From the IMG/VR virus record IMGVR_UViG_3300040801_002290, positions 130,022-194,021 of that record: a stretch of DNA of 64,000 nucleotides; one strand, 5' to 3'. How positions within the stretch are numbered: the first letter of the stretch is position 1; the number at the start of each line of letters is the position of its first letter. The position numbers and the translations under genes were made by a program. The notes beneath the pieces were generated by a model. The model had not been told where the DNA came from. It ran no database searches and saw only the letters and a list, made by a program, of their open reading frames with translations. Shown in pieces: positions 38,955 to 49,635 of the stretch. Source of the DNA: a virus.

Positions 38955-40021
38955 TAAGCCACCCGTATAGCAAGTTCGTATTTTATGTCCGTTGAGGAAG
39001 TACCCTCATCAAGGGAGGACACAATCCTATAGGACTGCCCGTTTGAAGTGAAGCTGTCAGATTTAGCTCCTCCAAACGCCCTAGTAATAAGCAAATCACC
39101 AGGCTCTCCTAGGTACCCTCTGGGGTCTATAAGTTTTGTGGAACCGTCAATGTATGCGCCAACTATCTCAGGTCTGAATCCCTCTACAAAGGTTGCCCCA
39201 CCAGACCACTCTGGGACCCTCTTATTTGGTAAAGTTAAATACACTCCTTCGTCCCTGGCATAGTAGTTAGCCCCCCTAATCACAATTGCATAAGAACTCT
39301 GCACAGGAGTTCTTGAGGAGGAAAAAAACATTCCTCTATAGGGTACATCAATTCCATTATTCCATGTTAATGGGTGGTCAGGTAGAGACACCACGACCTT
39401 TGGTGTCTGAACATTAGTAAAATAAACACTAAAGTTCGCGTTTGTTCTGTCAAAATAGACCCCACCAACCTTGGCGTTGTTATTCCAAGACATTGGGTAC
39501 CCACCCCAAAGCGGATAACTAGAGCCGTCGTCCCCCGTGTTGAGCAAGGTAACACCATCGTCTTGGACATAAGGCTCTATACTAAACAATGATACCTCAG
39601 GCAAAACCACACTACCTTGTTCAAACCAAAACACCATATTCTTGAAATTTGGAGTGTTGCTGTGGTTAATAAGTAGGTTGACGTTTCTATCCAAATCCTG
39701 ACCTATTGAATGGTAAGTCTCCACTGGAACTGTCCCAGTACCATCCGTGTAGGCAGCTTTTTCAAAAAACAACACCCTTATTGTGGTGTTATTCACATTA
39801 TTAGTGCTTTGAGTAAGGTCAACATACATGAGAATGTCTCTGCCCGTTCCCAGGTTGTTTCGATAAATTGCATAGGGGTAGGTTGGTGTAGCTCTCTGGT
39901 CTTCGTAAAGTGTCCAACCAGCTAGTGGGTCTGTGAAATTCGTATTAAGTTGAGTAAAAAGCTGTTCATCGGTCCAGGGTGCAGCTAAGTAATCTTGTGA
40001 CCACATACTTGAAACCTCCAA
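38954..40021 (-). CDS. Hypothetical (probable virion) protein
   Basis: 355 aa, beta-rich; start codon uncertain. Confidence 0.6.
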   Translation of the reverse strand: MEVSSMWSQDYLAAPWTDEQLFTQLNTNFTDPLAGWTLYEDQRATPTYPYAIYRNNLGTGRDILMYVDLTQSTNNVNNTTIRVLFFEKAAYTDGTGTVPVETYHSIGQDLDRNVNLLINHSNTPNFKNMVFWFEQGSVVLPEVSLFSIEPYVQDDGVTLLNTGDDGSSYPLWGGYPMSWNNNAKVGGVYFDRTNANFSVYFTNVQTPKVVVSLPDHPLTWNNGIDVPYRGMFFSSSRTPVQSSYAIVIRGANYYARDEGVYLTLPNKRVPEWSGGATFVEGFRPEIVGAYIDGSTKLIDPRGYLGEPGDLLITRAFGGAKSDSFTSNGQSYRIVSSLDEGTSSTDIKYELAIRVA

Positions 40022-40084
40022 AATAATTCTAATTATAGCACTACCCTACGGGCAGACACCAATAAGTTTTGGTATAATCTAGAA

Positions 40085-42514
40085 ATGAGAAGAATACCAG
40101 AAGAAAAATCCCCAATACCCAATAAAGAGTATCCCAAGATACTTATAGAACAAGACGGTAGCTACTCAGTCATATCTACCCCAAACCAACTTCCAGAAGA
40201 AGTGAGTGGTTATTTTATTCAGCCATCAACTAGACCGAGAGATTCCTTTTTCCTAGAATCAAAAAGCACTAAGGGGACCAGGCTGGTTTTTGACTCGGTT
40301 ACTCCTTACGCAACATCAACCGGAAGTAAAAATGACTACAGGGAGTCTGTTGACTTACGTATAAATTACGACTGGAACAACATGAAGGTGTATGTGGTCA
40401 CAACTCCAACAGGGGCCTATTATTTTTGGGCCGGGGTAGTTACCAGAGGAAATAAAATAATTTTAATAGGTGATAAACCTATGGCCTTTGATAGGTATAC
40501 AGGTGAGGAGTTGTGGGGAAAATATGATTGGTCTGGTACGGGGGAAATAGAGTACTCAGAGGAGGACGTATCTGCGGTACATGTTACCGAGGACGGGATG
40601 GTATACTGCCACGACTTATGGCCTCATACAGCAGAAAACGACCATTTCTTTGTCATAAATTCAGAAACTGGGGACATGACAAAATATAATACCGGAATAA
40701 ACTTTAATTCCTCGGTTTTGAAACCAAACGGGGATTTAATCCTTACAGACCAAACAGATGCTAATGCCCCATATAATTTCAATCCAAGAACTGGAGAAGT
40801 TACTCCGCTCCCAGACGAGACCATCGAGTACATATTCAGATATGATGTTGGTTTTACTGAAAAGCTATTTTTTACTCATAGCAGCGACGGAAAAATTCTC
40901 TTTATAAACAACTATTGGAATAACATGGGTGAGGATAATCTCGTAGCTTTAGATTCTGAAACAAACACTGTAGCTTGGAAGCGAGAATATTACATTGAGG
41001 GCGTTACTAACTTCATGCCAGTTCCACAACTAAAGGTTCTGACCGACGGAAAAGGGTTGCTATTTTTAATGGGGGTAGAGTATGAGGGTGCTTGGTATGA
41101 AGAAAGATTTGTGATGTCCTGGTTAAGTGAAAAAACCGGAGAGGTAATTAAAAAAAGGGAAATAAATCGGTATGAGTATGATTCCGAGTTAGACGACTGG
41201 TTCGAAATACCAGAAAATCAAACCTTCTTCGATAACGACTGGTTTCCCACATGGGTAGCAACCCACGATGGGGATAAGGTTATTTTTGCCTCAGACTGGC
41301 CAGCAGAATGTAGAATTATTGACAAAGATTTAAATTTCGAAATCTTCACAGATTTTGAGGTTTCTTCTGGCGTCCTCTACCACTCAGTGGCTTCAAAGGA
41401 TAACAAGCTGCTTTCTGTAGCCCGAAGTAACGAGGGAATAAACTCAGTTTTTGTATTTGACGTAGAGTCTAAAGAAATTAATTATCTAACCAAGTCAGAT
41501 GATTCTTATACTAAATCTACCGCTGTAGAGGAATCCGCAATGCTGTGCCCAAATGAGGACGGGATACTTCACTTTACAGAAGGTGGTCAAGTAATACTCT
41601 ATTCGGACTTAGATTTGCCGCTTAGGCGGGCTGGGAAAGTAAATTCTTCTGGTCGCAAGGGGGAATCTCTGCCAGAGGGGTGGTATACGGATACCGGTAC
41701 AAACCAAATATGGACGCCCCCGTCTTACATAAGCAATTATGTCTCTGGTGAAACTTCTCCAGTATTAATAAATGATGAGCTTTATCTTCTTTTCTATGCA
41801 GACGGAACACTGACGGTTAGGGAATTTGATGGAGAGAAATACGAAGATTTTGCTAGTTATTCAGTTGGGGAAAGAAGGGCTCTCGACAAGGAAGGTTGGT
41901 GGTACACATCTGGGGAAAGATTGAATTTTGTAACGGGGGCTAGAGAGTCCATAGCAACTTCCCCTGTCACGTTCTCCGGAGAGCAGGGGACAAGGGTTGG
42001 GGATGTAGTTTATTTTGAAACCAGATTCGCCCCTCCGTCGGCAAACTCTCAAAACTACCGTTACAATGAATCCACTAACACATGGACAACAATGAATTCT
42101 AGAACCGGAGCTTCTTACTCCAGCTTCCATTACAATGGGTTTTTGTACAATGTGGGAGTAACCACAGTAAGTCCTAGGTATGCAAATATATACCGTTATG
42201 ACCCGGCAACAAACCTATGGTCGTTTGTGTCAGACTCTCCCGTCCCCCCAACCACTAACCCTCTTGTAATGAGGGATAAGATGAAGTTGATAGGGGATGA
42301 AATCTATATGGTTCTTGAAGGGTATAAGTATAACATACCTGGAAATGAGTGGATTCCTATAACCTCAGTGGAGGGCATGAGGGAAGTAGCTTCCGGGGTG
42401 GTGTCTTTTAGACACAGGAATATAATTTACCACTATTTTAGACACGGAACCTGGTCTAGAGTACCGTATAACACAGCGGCCTACGCCCTTCCGGGAGCGG
42501 TAGTACCGCATTAG
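40085..42514 (+). CDS. Paralog family member: N-module + two beta-propeller-like regions (C-terminal Kelch-like)
   Basis: YRYNESTNTWTTM...IYRYDPATNLW...YKYNIPGNEW Kelch-type blades. Leaderless promoter TATAAT 40073-40078 lies 6 nt before ATG. Confidence 0.7.
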   Translation: MRRIPEEKSPIPNKEYPKILIEQDGSYSVISTPNQLPEEVSGYFIQPSTRPRDSFFLESKSTKGTRLVFDSVTPYATSTGSKNDYRESVDLRINYDWNNMKVYVVTTPTGAYYFWAGVVTRGNKIILIGDKPMAFDRYTGEELWGKYDWSGTGEIEYSEEDVSAVHVTEDGMVYCHDLWPHTAENDHFFVINSETGDMTKYNTGINFNSSVLKPNGDLILTDQTDANAPYNFNPRTGEVTPLPDETIEYIFRYDVGFTEKLFFTHSSDGKILFINNYWNNMGEDNLVALDSETNTVAWKREYYIEGVTNFMPVPQLKVLTDGKGLLFLMGVEYEGAWYEERFVMSWLSEKTGEVIKKREINRYEYDSELDDWFEIPENQTFFDNDWFPTWVATHDGDKVIFASDWPAECRIIDKDLNFEIFTDFEVSSGVLYHSVASKDNKLLSVARSNEGINSVFVFDVESKEINYLTKSDDSYTKSTAVEESAMLCPNEDGILHFTEGGQVILYSDLDLPLRRAGKVNSSGRKGESLPEGWYTDTGTNQIWTPPSYISNYVSGETSPVLINDELYLLFYADGTLTVREFDGEKYEDFASYSVGERRALDKEGWWYTSGERLNFVTGARESIATSPVTFSGEQGTRVGDVVYFETRFAPPSANSQNYRYNESTNTWTTMNSRTGASYSSFHYNGFLYNVGVTTVSPRYANIYRYDPATNLWSFVSDSPVPPTTNPLVMRDKMKLIGDEIYMVLEGYKYNIPGNEWIPITSVEGMREVASGVVSFRHRNIIYHYFRHGTWSRVPYNTAAYALPGAVVPH

Positions 42515-42522
42515 TAGGAAAT

Positions 42523-45147
42523 ATGAAAAAACTGACACCTAAAACATCGGATTTTTTACCAGGTAGAAAAGCCTTTTTCAAAAGCGACGGAACTTACTCT
42601 GTAGAAGAGGTAGATACCTTACCAGAGAATTTTGAATTTGGTGTTGAGATACCGACAGAAAACGGAATTTACACTCTGGAAACCTCTTTTGGAGCTTTTT
42701 TGATGTCCGTTACAGTGGAGGAAGTAGTTATTCTCCCCTGGAAATCCACCAGTGGGACCGGTAATGACTATGTTTTTGACGCTACATATGACGACCGGCT
42801 TACACAAAAGGCTGGTCTCTTGCCGGTCATACTTCCGATAGACGTTTCTCAGTTTGACCTTGACGGTTACCGGGTAAGTCCCTTAACAGAGATGAGTTCT
42901 TACTGGGAAGCACCTACACATGCTACTCATTTTGAAGCCGGTGACTTATTCGTGTTTTTCAACGGGGCTTTTGCGGTAAACAAAAATACCTACGAAGTTG
43001 AGTGGATATTTAGCGAGGAGAACAGGTGGCCATTCCCAGCACTTGACAGAAGCTACGGTGCTGCCAATTCTTCCGGAAATGAAGACTACTACGTGGGTAT
43101 TAGTGGTTATGGAGTTGAAGGTCTATATGTACTTAAAACCCAAACCGGTACTCCCATCTACAGAGAAGAACCACTATACTCCCAACCGTATTTAAACGAG
43201 GGTGTACACGTTTTCCCTTCCGGAAGTAACAACAAATTTTTTCTTTGGGATGGAGGGGGGTGGTCTGGGCAGGCTACTCCACAAGTGTACATACTAGAAA
43301 TAGATGAACTAGATAATGTCACCATAACTCTGCATCCAGAAAACGAAACCATGTCTTCCGGTGGAAACTACCTTATGAAAGAAAGACTGTTCATGGCCTC
43401 TAAAAGTTTCTTTGTAGACAAGGAAACCGGAGAATATTACTACTCTAGTGGGGATAGTCTTACAAAGTTCAATCAAGACGACTCAGTTTCCTGGTATCTA
43501 GACTACGACGACGGTGCTTTAGGAGCAGCAGGCTGGTTCCCACAGGGTTGGGGGGCTTTCTGTATTAAAAGAAAAGGAAAGATAATAGTTTTCTCAAGGT
43601 GGACAGTTCCTCTTATCATAGACGACGTGACAGGAACTTGGGAAATTGCAGAGATAGACCCACTAGCCACAGTAACTGGGGATTATGATGGTTTTGTAGA
43701 ATACCCTCTAACTGATTTTTGGGATAGTTATGAGGTAGAAATGCCAAGAGTAGTCTCTGATGATATAGACTACCTACCGATGCTGAATGAGTTTAGTAAT
43801 TCAGGAGATTTTGTGGAGCTTCTAGTTACTGACTTGGATACATTTAATGTTAGAAGTATTGCGGTTATTCCAGGCGAAGGTGAGTCTGTGTTTTATAACC
43901 AAACAGGATGGCCAATTATAAATCACAGAACAGGGGTAGCATACATAAGGGTTTTTAACAGAAACTCCGGTGGAGACAATTTATATAGACTAATTGGATG
44001 GTCTAACGAAGGAGTAGTAACAAATATAATTCTTTCCTACTGGAATCATGAAGGAACAAACGGGTTTTACATAGAGGACTTGGCCCCCAGTCTAATGTTG
44101 GCCGAATCTGGAGATTTACTCATACATATAGAAAATTGCATAGCAAAATATGGAGATGAGGTTTGGACTCTAAATGTTGGACAGAACGCCCAGTTAGTGG
44201 CTGACGAATGGTATACAACTAAAAATACCACTTGGGACCCAGGAGTGCCTCTGTTTGAAGTCGGAATGACTACTAACTCATGCGCTACCAACGTCTATGG
44301 GGAAATAAATACTAGATACTTCCCTTACTCGGTTAGAACCTTTGCAGACACAACCGACGGTTCCGGTATTTTTAATCAATCATTGCTGCCTGGATTCTCA
44401 GCCAGTAGCTCTCTTGATATAACGAACCTGTTCCCGACTGGTGTTCCAAATGAATTCATATCCACTCCCAGAGTAAGTGGAACTACCACGTCCGCTACTG
44501 TAAGAAATTTAAACCTTGAGACCGGCTCAGTCACAGACCTTGTTCTGCCAGACATAACCACGGGATTGGTCAACGCCTCAAGGTACATAAGAGAGTCGGC
44601 AGTCATGCGACCAAATGGAAATATAGTATTCCTTTATCACAAAGTTTACAACTTTGAGTCCCCAGAGTTGAGAATGTTTGAATACGACGGGGCTTCTTGG
44701 TCGGCTAAATCAAATACTATTTACCCAGCCTCTGAAAACGACCCCAATAATCCTATCGGAAGCTCTGGCTATAGAAGACATCTGTCTGTTTATCACAATG
44801 ATAAGGTGTACTCCATACTGTTTAAGAGAGTTGCAGGGGACGACTTCCATGTCAGAGAGTACAGCTTCGATACTGACACCTGGACTGATTATGACTCTAT
44901 CCCCGTCCCAGAAGTCCCAATAAACAGGCTATCAATTAGTGCTAGCTATAACAACGGGAAGGTATATTTTACTAACGGATATGTGTATGACATAGATGAG
45001 AAGGTGCTATTCACACTCCCTAATTTCCCATTTCCAGATTTCAGCAGTGCGAGATATGTCACATTTAGAAATAACTGTTTGATTTTCCTTGACTGGGATT
45101 TAATACTGCACGTATATGCTTTGGAAAATACCCCGGCTCCATACTAA
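42523..45147 (+). CDS. Paralog family member: N-module + two beta-propeller-like regions
   Basis: MKKLTPKTSDF...LPENFEFGVEIPTENG N-module; FEYDGASWS and EYSFDTDTWT blades. Confidence 0.7.
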   Translation: MKKLTPKTSDFLPGRKAFFKSDGTYSVEEVDTLPENFEFGVEIPTENGIYTLETSFGAFLMSVTVEEVVILPWKSTSGTGNDYVFDATYDDRLTQKAGLLPVILPIDVSQFDLDGYRVSPLTEMSSYWEAPTHATHFEAGDLFVFFNGAFAVNKNTYEVEWIFSEENRWPFPALDRSYGAANSSGNEDYYVGISGYGVEGLYVLKTQTGTPIYREEPLYSQPYLNEGVHVFPSGSNNKFFLWDGGGWSGQATPQVYILEIDELDNVTITLHPENETMSSGGNYLMKERLFMASKSFFVDKETGEYYYSSGDSLTKFNQDDSVSWYLDYDDGALGAAGWFPQGWGAFCIKRKGKIIVFSRWTVPLIIDDVTGTWEIAEIDPLATVTGDYDGFVEYPLTDFWDSYEVEMPRVVSDDIDYLPMLNEFSNSGDFVELLVTDLDTFNVRSIAVIPGEGESVFYNQTGWPIINHRTGVAYIRVFNRNSGGDNLYRLIGWSNEGVVTNIILSYWNHEGTNGFYIEDLAPSLMLAESGDLLIHIENCIAKYGDEVWTLNVGQNAQLVADEWYTTKNTTWDPGVPLFEVGMTTNSCATNVYGEINTRYFPYSVRTFADTTDGSGIFNQSLLPGFSASSSLDITNLFPTGVPNEFISTPRVSGTTTSATVRNLNLETGSVTDLVLPDITTGLVNASRYIRESAVMRPNGNIVFLYHKVYNFESPELRMFEYDGASWSAKSNTIYPASENDPNNPIGSSGYRRHLSVYHNDKVYSILFKRVAGDDFHVREYSFDTDTWTDYDSIPVPEVPINRLSISASYNNGKVYFTNGYVYDIDEKVLFTLPNFPFPDFSSARYVTFRNNCLIFLDWDLILHVYALENTPAPY

Positions 45148-45148
45148 G

Positions 45149-45178
45149 AAAAAGGGCTCCTTTTACGGAGCCCGTTTT
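45149..45178. terminator. Bidirectional intrinsic terminator between convergent genes
   Basis: AAAA-GGGCTCC-TTTTAC-GGAGCCC-GTTTT. Confidence 0.8.
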
Positions 45179-45185
45179 ACTAACC

Positions 45186-46682
45186 TCATACTTGAGGCAG
45201 AATCTCTAGCCTATTTACAGTAAACTCATCGAGAGAGTAACTGTAGTGTACCCAGTAAACATAGTTTCCTATTATGGACAGGTTTGAGTTGCCGTTATAC
45301 TGCGCGTCCACCTCTCGTATAAAGAAATACCCAGAAGAATCAATTATCTCAACTTCATTGTCGTATGAGTGTGGGAGGACAGTCCCGTCGTTATCTACGA
45401 TAATTGGGATTCTAGCGTCCATGTCATACCCTGGTTGCTCATAAAAAGTAGTTATGGACACTGAGTCAGTGACTTTTGAGTCCAATTTGTATATTTTATG
45501 ATAGTCCTGCAAGTATATAAACCCGTCTGGGTCAACATAGGAGATATTTCCATCCCCCTCTATAATCCCAGTGACATCCCAGGTATTAACAACCTGTCCA
45601 TCCTCTCTTCGGTACTCATTTACAGTATAGGTTAGGTTACCAGAGACTCTATTGTCACCCCTAGTGCCCACGATGTTGCCGTTTGGCAGTATTCCAACAA
45701 ATTCTTCGATGTATGAGCCGCCCTCACCACCAACTGCGGTACCAGTGTTATCATCTTCCCACAGTAATTCGTAGGTAGACAGGTCTATAGCTCTAATTCT
45801 TCTTCTGGTAGGGCTTACTTGCATGTCTCCTATGCATATGGTGTTCGTGTTTTCATCAAATTTAAAATTAAACATCTGATGGTAACCAAAGCCAATGCCG
45901 TTTTGTGTGGGAATCTCAGTGTGTACAAAATTACCAAGATGCTCCAGAGTCAAGTCCTTGAATCTGTAGACAGAGGTGTAATTATCTCCGATAATCATGA
46001 ACCTGTTATTGGGCAGTTCCATGATTCCAGCGTATCTAACCGGGTCCGCATCCGGTATTGGGTAGCTATAAGAAACCTCGTTATCTGTGTCTATATAGTA
46101 CAAAAGGGCCTCTGCGGTATCAAAAGCTAAAAACCCGTTGAACTGCCTGGAAAGTATATAATCAAAGGTGTAGATACTTGCTTCTGCGTCGGATAGATGG
46201 GAATTTATAAGAGTGTATGAGGAAAAATCCGTAGGAAACTTAATTACCCCGTAAGGAATGGCTGTGTTGGTATCTATGTCCCTGGTCATACAGCCGAAAA
46301 CGTAATAATCCCCAAAATCTATCAGGCTGTCGTAGTAGGCTTCATAAGGTAGGCTAGGTAAGGTGTCCTTAGTAAAAACAACTTCCTGAATCCCCAAACT
46401 GCCACCGTTTTCAAAACCCATGGAGTTATTAAGTCGAAAAGTTCCGTCACCGTAGCTGCCAGTTCTGGTTGACCACAAAATACTTATTTCCTTCGAAATT
46501 TTTAAAACAAAGCTACCTAAAACAGAAGAGATAAAATATACTCCCTTCTCGGATGGCAACTCAACACCGAAGGAGAATCCCTCAGGTAGTGTTTCCGAAT
46601 TAGAAATCTCATAGTTTCTATCGGGTTTAATAACCACGGATTTACCGGTAAAACCTTCTAACTTTGGAATGAGTCTTTTCAT
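45186..46682 (-). CDS. Paralog family member: N-module + beta-propeller (PQQ-like blades)
   Basis: MKRLIPKLEGF...LPEGFSFGVELPSEKG; AIDLSTYELLWE and EYRREDGQVVNTW. Confidence 0.7.
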   Translation of the reverse strand: MKRLIPKLEGFTGKSVVIKPDRNYEISNSETLPEGFSFGVELPSEKGVYFISSVLGSFVLKISKEISILWSTRTGSYGDGTFRLNNSMGFENGGSLGIQEVVFTKDTLPSLPYEAYYDSLIDFGDYYVFGCMTRDIDTNTAIPYGVIKFPTDFSSYTLINSHLSDAEASIYTFDYILSRQFNGFLAFDTAEALLYYIDTDNEVSYSYPIPDADPVRYAGIMELPNNRFMIIGDNYTSVYRFKDLTLEHLGNFVHTEIPTQNGIGFGYHQMFNFKFDENTNTICIGDMQVSPTRRRIRAIDLSTYELLWEDDNTGTAVGGEGGSYIEEFVGILPNGNIVGTRGDNRVSGNLTYTVNEYRREDGQVVNTWDVTGIIEGDGNISYVDPDGFIYLQDYHKIYKLDSKVTDSVSITTFYEQPGYDMDARIPIIVDNDGTVLPHSYDNEVEIIDSSGYFFIREVDAQYNGNSNLSIIGNYVYWVHYSYSLDEFTVNRLEILPQV

Positions 46683-46688
46683 TTAAAA

Positions 46689-47864
46689 TTACCTAACCTT
46701 TATAAAATACATTAATGGTGCTTCTTCATAGCTGGGTGCTGCATAACTTCCTGTGTAAAAAATAGCTCCGTCTACTTCTACCATATTACCTCCATAGTCT
46801 TCGTTTGGAAAAGCCAGAACGTTATATTCTAACTCAAAAGTATTCACATCAATGGAGTGAATATAAGTAGCAGTCGCGTCTATTTGTTCATAACCCTCAA
46901 AATAAGCTTTTCCATCTACAATTGCACATGGGTAATAGTTGGTGCAGTGGTGCCAAATATTAGCGGCCTCCAAATCTGCCTGCCCAACCACCTCCCACCC
47001 AGAGGCAAATGTGTACCTATACACGTTAGTATTTAGAATTGGGTCCTCTAAAGCCACGTCTATAGACCCTCCGAAAAGATAAATCTCTGTTTCTGTATAA
47101 TAAAAGTAGGGAAATTTAATTCTTTCTGGCAACTCAGGAAGCTCTACCCAAATATCTTCTCTCGGGTCGTAGTAATGGTGAGATTTTAGGTGTCTAGTAA
47201 TAGGGGGGACGTTTTGGTTACTATAGCCGCTAAATGTGTGTATATACTCAAGACCATCTCCGTGCTTTATAACGGCAATACTAAAATCCGTGCCAAGACT
47301 GAATTCGTCTCTATCGGCCATTCTTTTCCAAGTATTTCCCTTTTCTAAATCACAAACATAAGTATCTGGAATGTATGAGGTTGTGTCCCAATCGTATATT
47401 CCCGTAACCAGAATTTTTGTTTCATCAAAGACTATGTGAGAGGTAGAGTAAAGGTTTTTGGGGAACATTGAGAGAACGGGATAATTCCACTCTCCTGATT
47501 TTAAATCGTAGGTACCAACGAACCTATTACCTTCACTGTTTGCGTAGGAGATAAGACCAAGCCCTATATATAGTTTATCTCCTATTTTTCTAATCATGCT
47601 TGTATAGGACGAGGTAAATGGTGGCTGAGGTACAGGAAAGTAGTCCGAAGACTGGGAATAAATCCCATTTGGGAGTTCAAACTCCACTACCACCCCTTCC
47701 GAAGAAATTTTTCTGTAAAGTTGGCCCCATCTTGACTCGGTTGGAGAAAGGAGAGATTCTCCAAACCCCACTTCCGGACTTCCAGAAGGAATAATCTCGT
47801 AGCTTTCATCGGATAATTTTATCTTGGGATACAGGTTGTTTATTTTCTTAGTAAAAACCTTCAT
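46689..47864 (-). CDS. Paralog family member: N-module + Kelch repeats
   Basis: YDLKSGEW, CDLEKGNTW, YYDPREDIWVELPELP, IYLFGG, YRYTFASGW. Confidence 0.75.
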   Translation of the reverse strand: MKVFTKKINNLYPKIKLSDESYEIIPSGSPEVGFGESLLSPTESRWGQLYRKISSEGVVVEFELPNGIYSQSSDYFPVPQPPFTSSYTSMIRKIGDKLYIGLGLISYANSEGNRFVGTYDLKSGEWNYPVLSMFPKNLYSTSHIVFDETKILVTGIYDWDTTSYIPDTYVCDLEKGNTWKRMADRDEFSLGTDFSIAVIKHGDGLEYIHTFSGYSNQNVPPITRHLKSHHYYDPREDIWVELPELPERIKFPYFYYTETEIYLFGGSIDVALEDPILNTNVYRYTFASGWEVVGQADLEAANIWHHCTNYYPCAIVDGKAYFEGYEQIDATATYIHSIDVNTFELEYNVLAFPNEDYGGNMVEVDGAIFYTGSYAAPSYEEAPLMYFIKVR

Positions 47865-49633
47865 TAGACTACCTCAACCGTAATTATCAGAGGTTCTACT
47901 ATCTGGTTATTGGTAAAATCACCAGAAATAGCACCAGGGTTAATCGTTAGGGTTAGTGTCTCTCCTGTAGTTAAGGTTAGGTTTTCTATATAGAGTCTGG
48001 ATAGACCGTAACTTTCGTTAATAGTTAGGGGCTCTATATCGCCCGATACCGTGCCAGTAAGAGAAATTAAGCTGTTATCTAGAAGTAGAATATCTTCACC
48101 AAAATCAACACTTAATAAAGTATCTCCGTTCCATAACTGTGCTTCCTTTACAATTAGTTTAGGCGGTGTCTCTCCCGGACTTCCAAAGCTCTTTATTCTA
48201 TTGCCAGTTGAAATTAGAATTTTTCCGTCAAATGTTACTGTCGGAGGAGGGGAATAAGGGCTTAGAAAAGGACTTGGGTCAGAGATTCCAATAACTCCAT
48301 CTTTGCTAACAAAGACCATACATCCATTGTAGTCAGTATCCTCATAAACGAAGAAACAGGCGATTCCGTTCCTGAATGTTAAAGGTAACCCCCTTATAAT
48401 ACTGTTAATGACATACCCAGGTAGAAACTCTTTTTTCTTAACCCGCCAATTTTTAACGTCAAAAAATGTAACTTCTAACATTGAAGGGTTAGACACGTCA
48501 GTGTAGTAGAAAAAAGTATCCTCATCCAAAAACGCCCCTAGCTGAACAAAACTATTATCCGGGTCACCACTCTCGTCAAGAGTGTTTCTTAAAAGTTGTC
48601 CCGTAGTTCCATCCACCTCTACAAGTCTGACCCTAGAGTCGCTGTCTGAGGTAATCCCACCATCCGTAGTACCGAAGTAAAGACCTAACAGCAAGTTCCC
48701 TGTGTATGGGTTTAGTTGCATTAGCATTATTTCATCTACATCAGTATTGGACCAAAGTATCTCTCCAGTCAAATTATCAACTTTCGTCAATCCACCAAAA
48801 CTGTCAGACATTGCGTAGGTACCGGACTGGGAAATATGGACATAATTATTTCCAAACCACTCATTAAATGGAATTATATCATCTTTTACCAAAACTAAAC
48901 TGTTATTTTCAACACGAAGAAGTCTCTCGGTACCAGCCTGTCTATTTTTATAAAAAAATGTATCCCCCTCAATGTGATTCATCATGTTTACGGTTGGTGT
49001 ATTTTGATTACTATAAGGACCGAGATACTCATAATTTTCGTAAATTACATTTCCCTCGTAATCCACTACAGACAATCCAGCATAATGGTCTACACCTACC
49101 GTCTTCCTGGTGGGCATGACTATATAATTTTCCATAAATAAACATAGCCAAGCACTTCCTCCCCTGCCTCCAGAAGCAGAGTAAGACCAAATCTCCTGAC
49201 CATCAGAAAAACACACTATCTTGTCAGGAGTGCCAGACCCACCATAAATGTAGGAGTACTCAAACTCCCCCCTGTTAACCCACACTGGGTAGTAATTCCC
49301 GAAAATAGATGGAACAAAATAATCAGAGTAGTCCTCAAAGATATTATTTTCGCTAAACCGATAGTCCAACTCTATGTGATTTCTTCTGTAGGGAGAAGAC
49401 CCGTGATTATAGCCCCACTGGGAAAAGGGTCCAGTCCTAATTAACTTAGCACCGTCAGAGTCTGAAAATACGTAATTAGCTTCCTCGGGGGCTTCAAAAC
49501 CCTTTTCGTATCCTTCCGGAGGAGAGGAAGACAGGGAGTATCTAACATCCTCTCCCAGAAAAAGTTTTCTACCTTCTGAAAATCCTGATGTTTTTGGCTT
49601 AATTTTTATTGTTTTCATATTTTTATTAAACAC
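47864..49633 (-). CDS. Paralog family member: N-module + PQQ-like propeller + C-terminal Ig-like domain
   Basis: IKPKTSGFSEGRK...PPEGYEKGFEAPEE; KVDNLTGEILWS and EVDGTTGQLL; C-terminal LTINPGAISGD shared with the 184-aa protein (LTIPVGAFSGD). Confidence 0.7.
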   Translation of the reverse strand: MFNKNMKTIKIKPKTSGFSEGRKLFLGEDVRYSLSSSPPEGYEKGFEAPEEANYVFSDSDGAKLIRTGPFSQWGYNHGSSPYRRNHIELDYRFSENNIFEDYSDYFVPSIFGNYYPVWVNRGEFEYSYIYGGSGTPDKIVCFSDGQEIWSYSASGGRGGSAWLCLFMENYIVMPTRKTVGVDHYAGLSVVDYEGNVIYENYEYLGPYSNQNTPTVNMMNHIEGDTFFYKNRQAGTERLLRVENNSLVLVKDDIIPFNEWFGNNYVHISQSGTYAMSDSFGGLTKVDNLTGEILWSNTDVDEIMLMQLNPYTGNLLLGLYFGTTDGGITSDSDSRVRLVEVDGTTGQLLRNTLDESGDPDNSFVQLGAFLDEDTFFYYTDVSNPSMLEVTFFDVKNWRVKKKEFLPGYVINSIIRGLPLTFRNGIACFFVYEDTDYNGCMVFVSKDGVIGISDPSPFLSPYSPPPTVTFDGKILISTGNRIKSFGSPGETPPKLIVKEAQLWNGDTLLSVDFGEDILLLDNSLISLTGTVSGDIEPLTINESYGLSRLYIENLTLTTGETLTLTINPGAISGDFTNNQIVEPLIITVEVV

Positions 49634-49635
49634 CC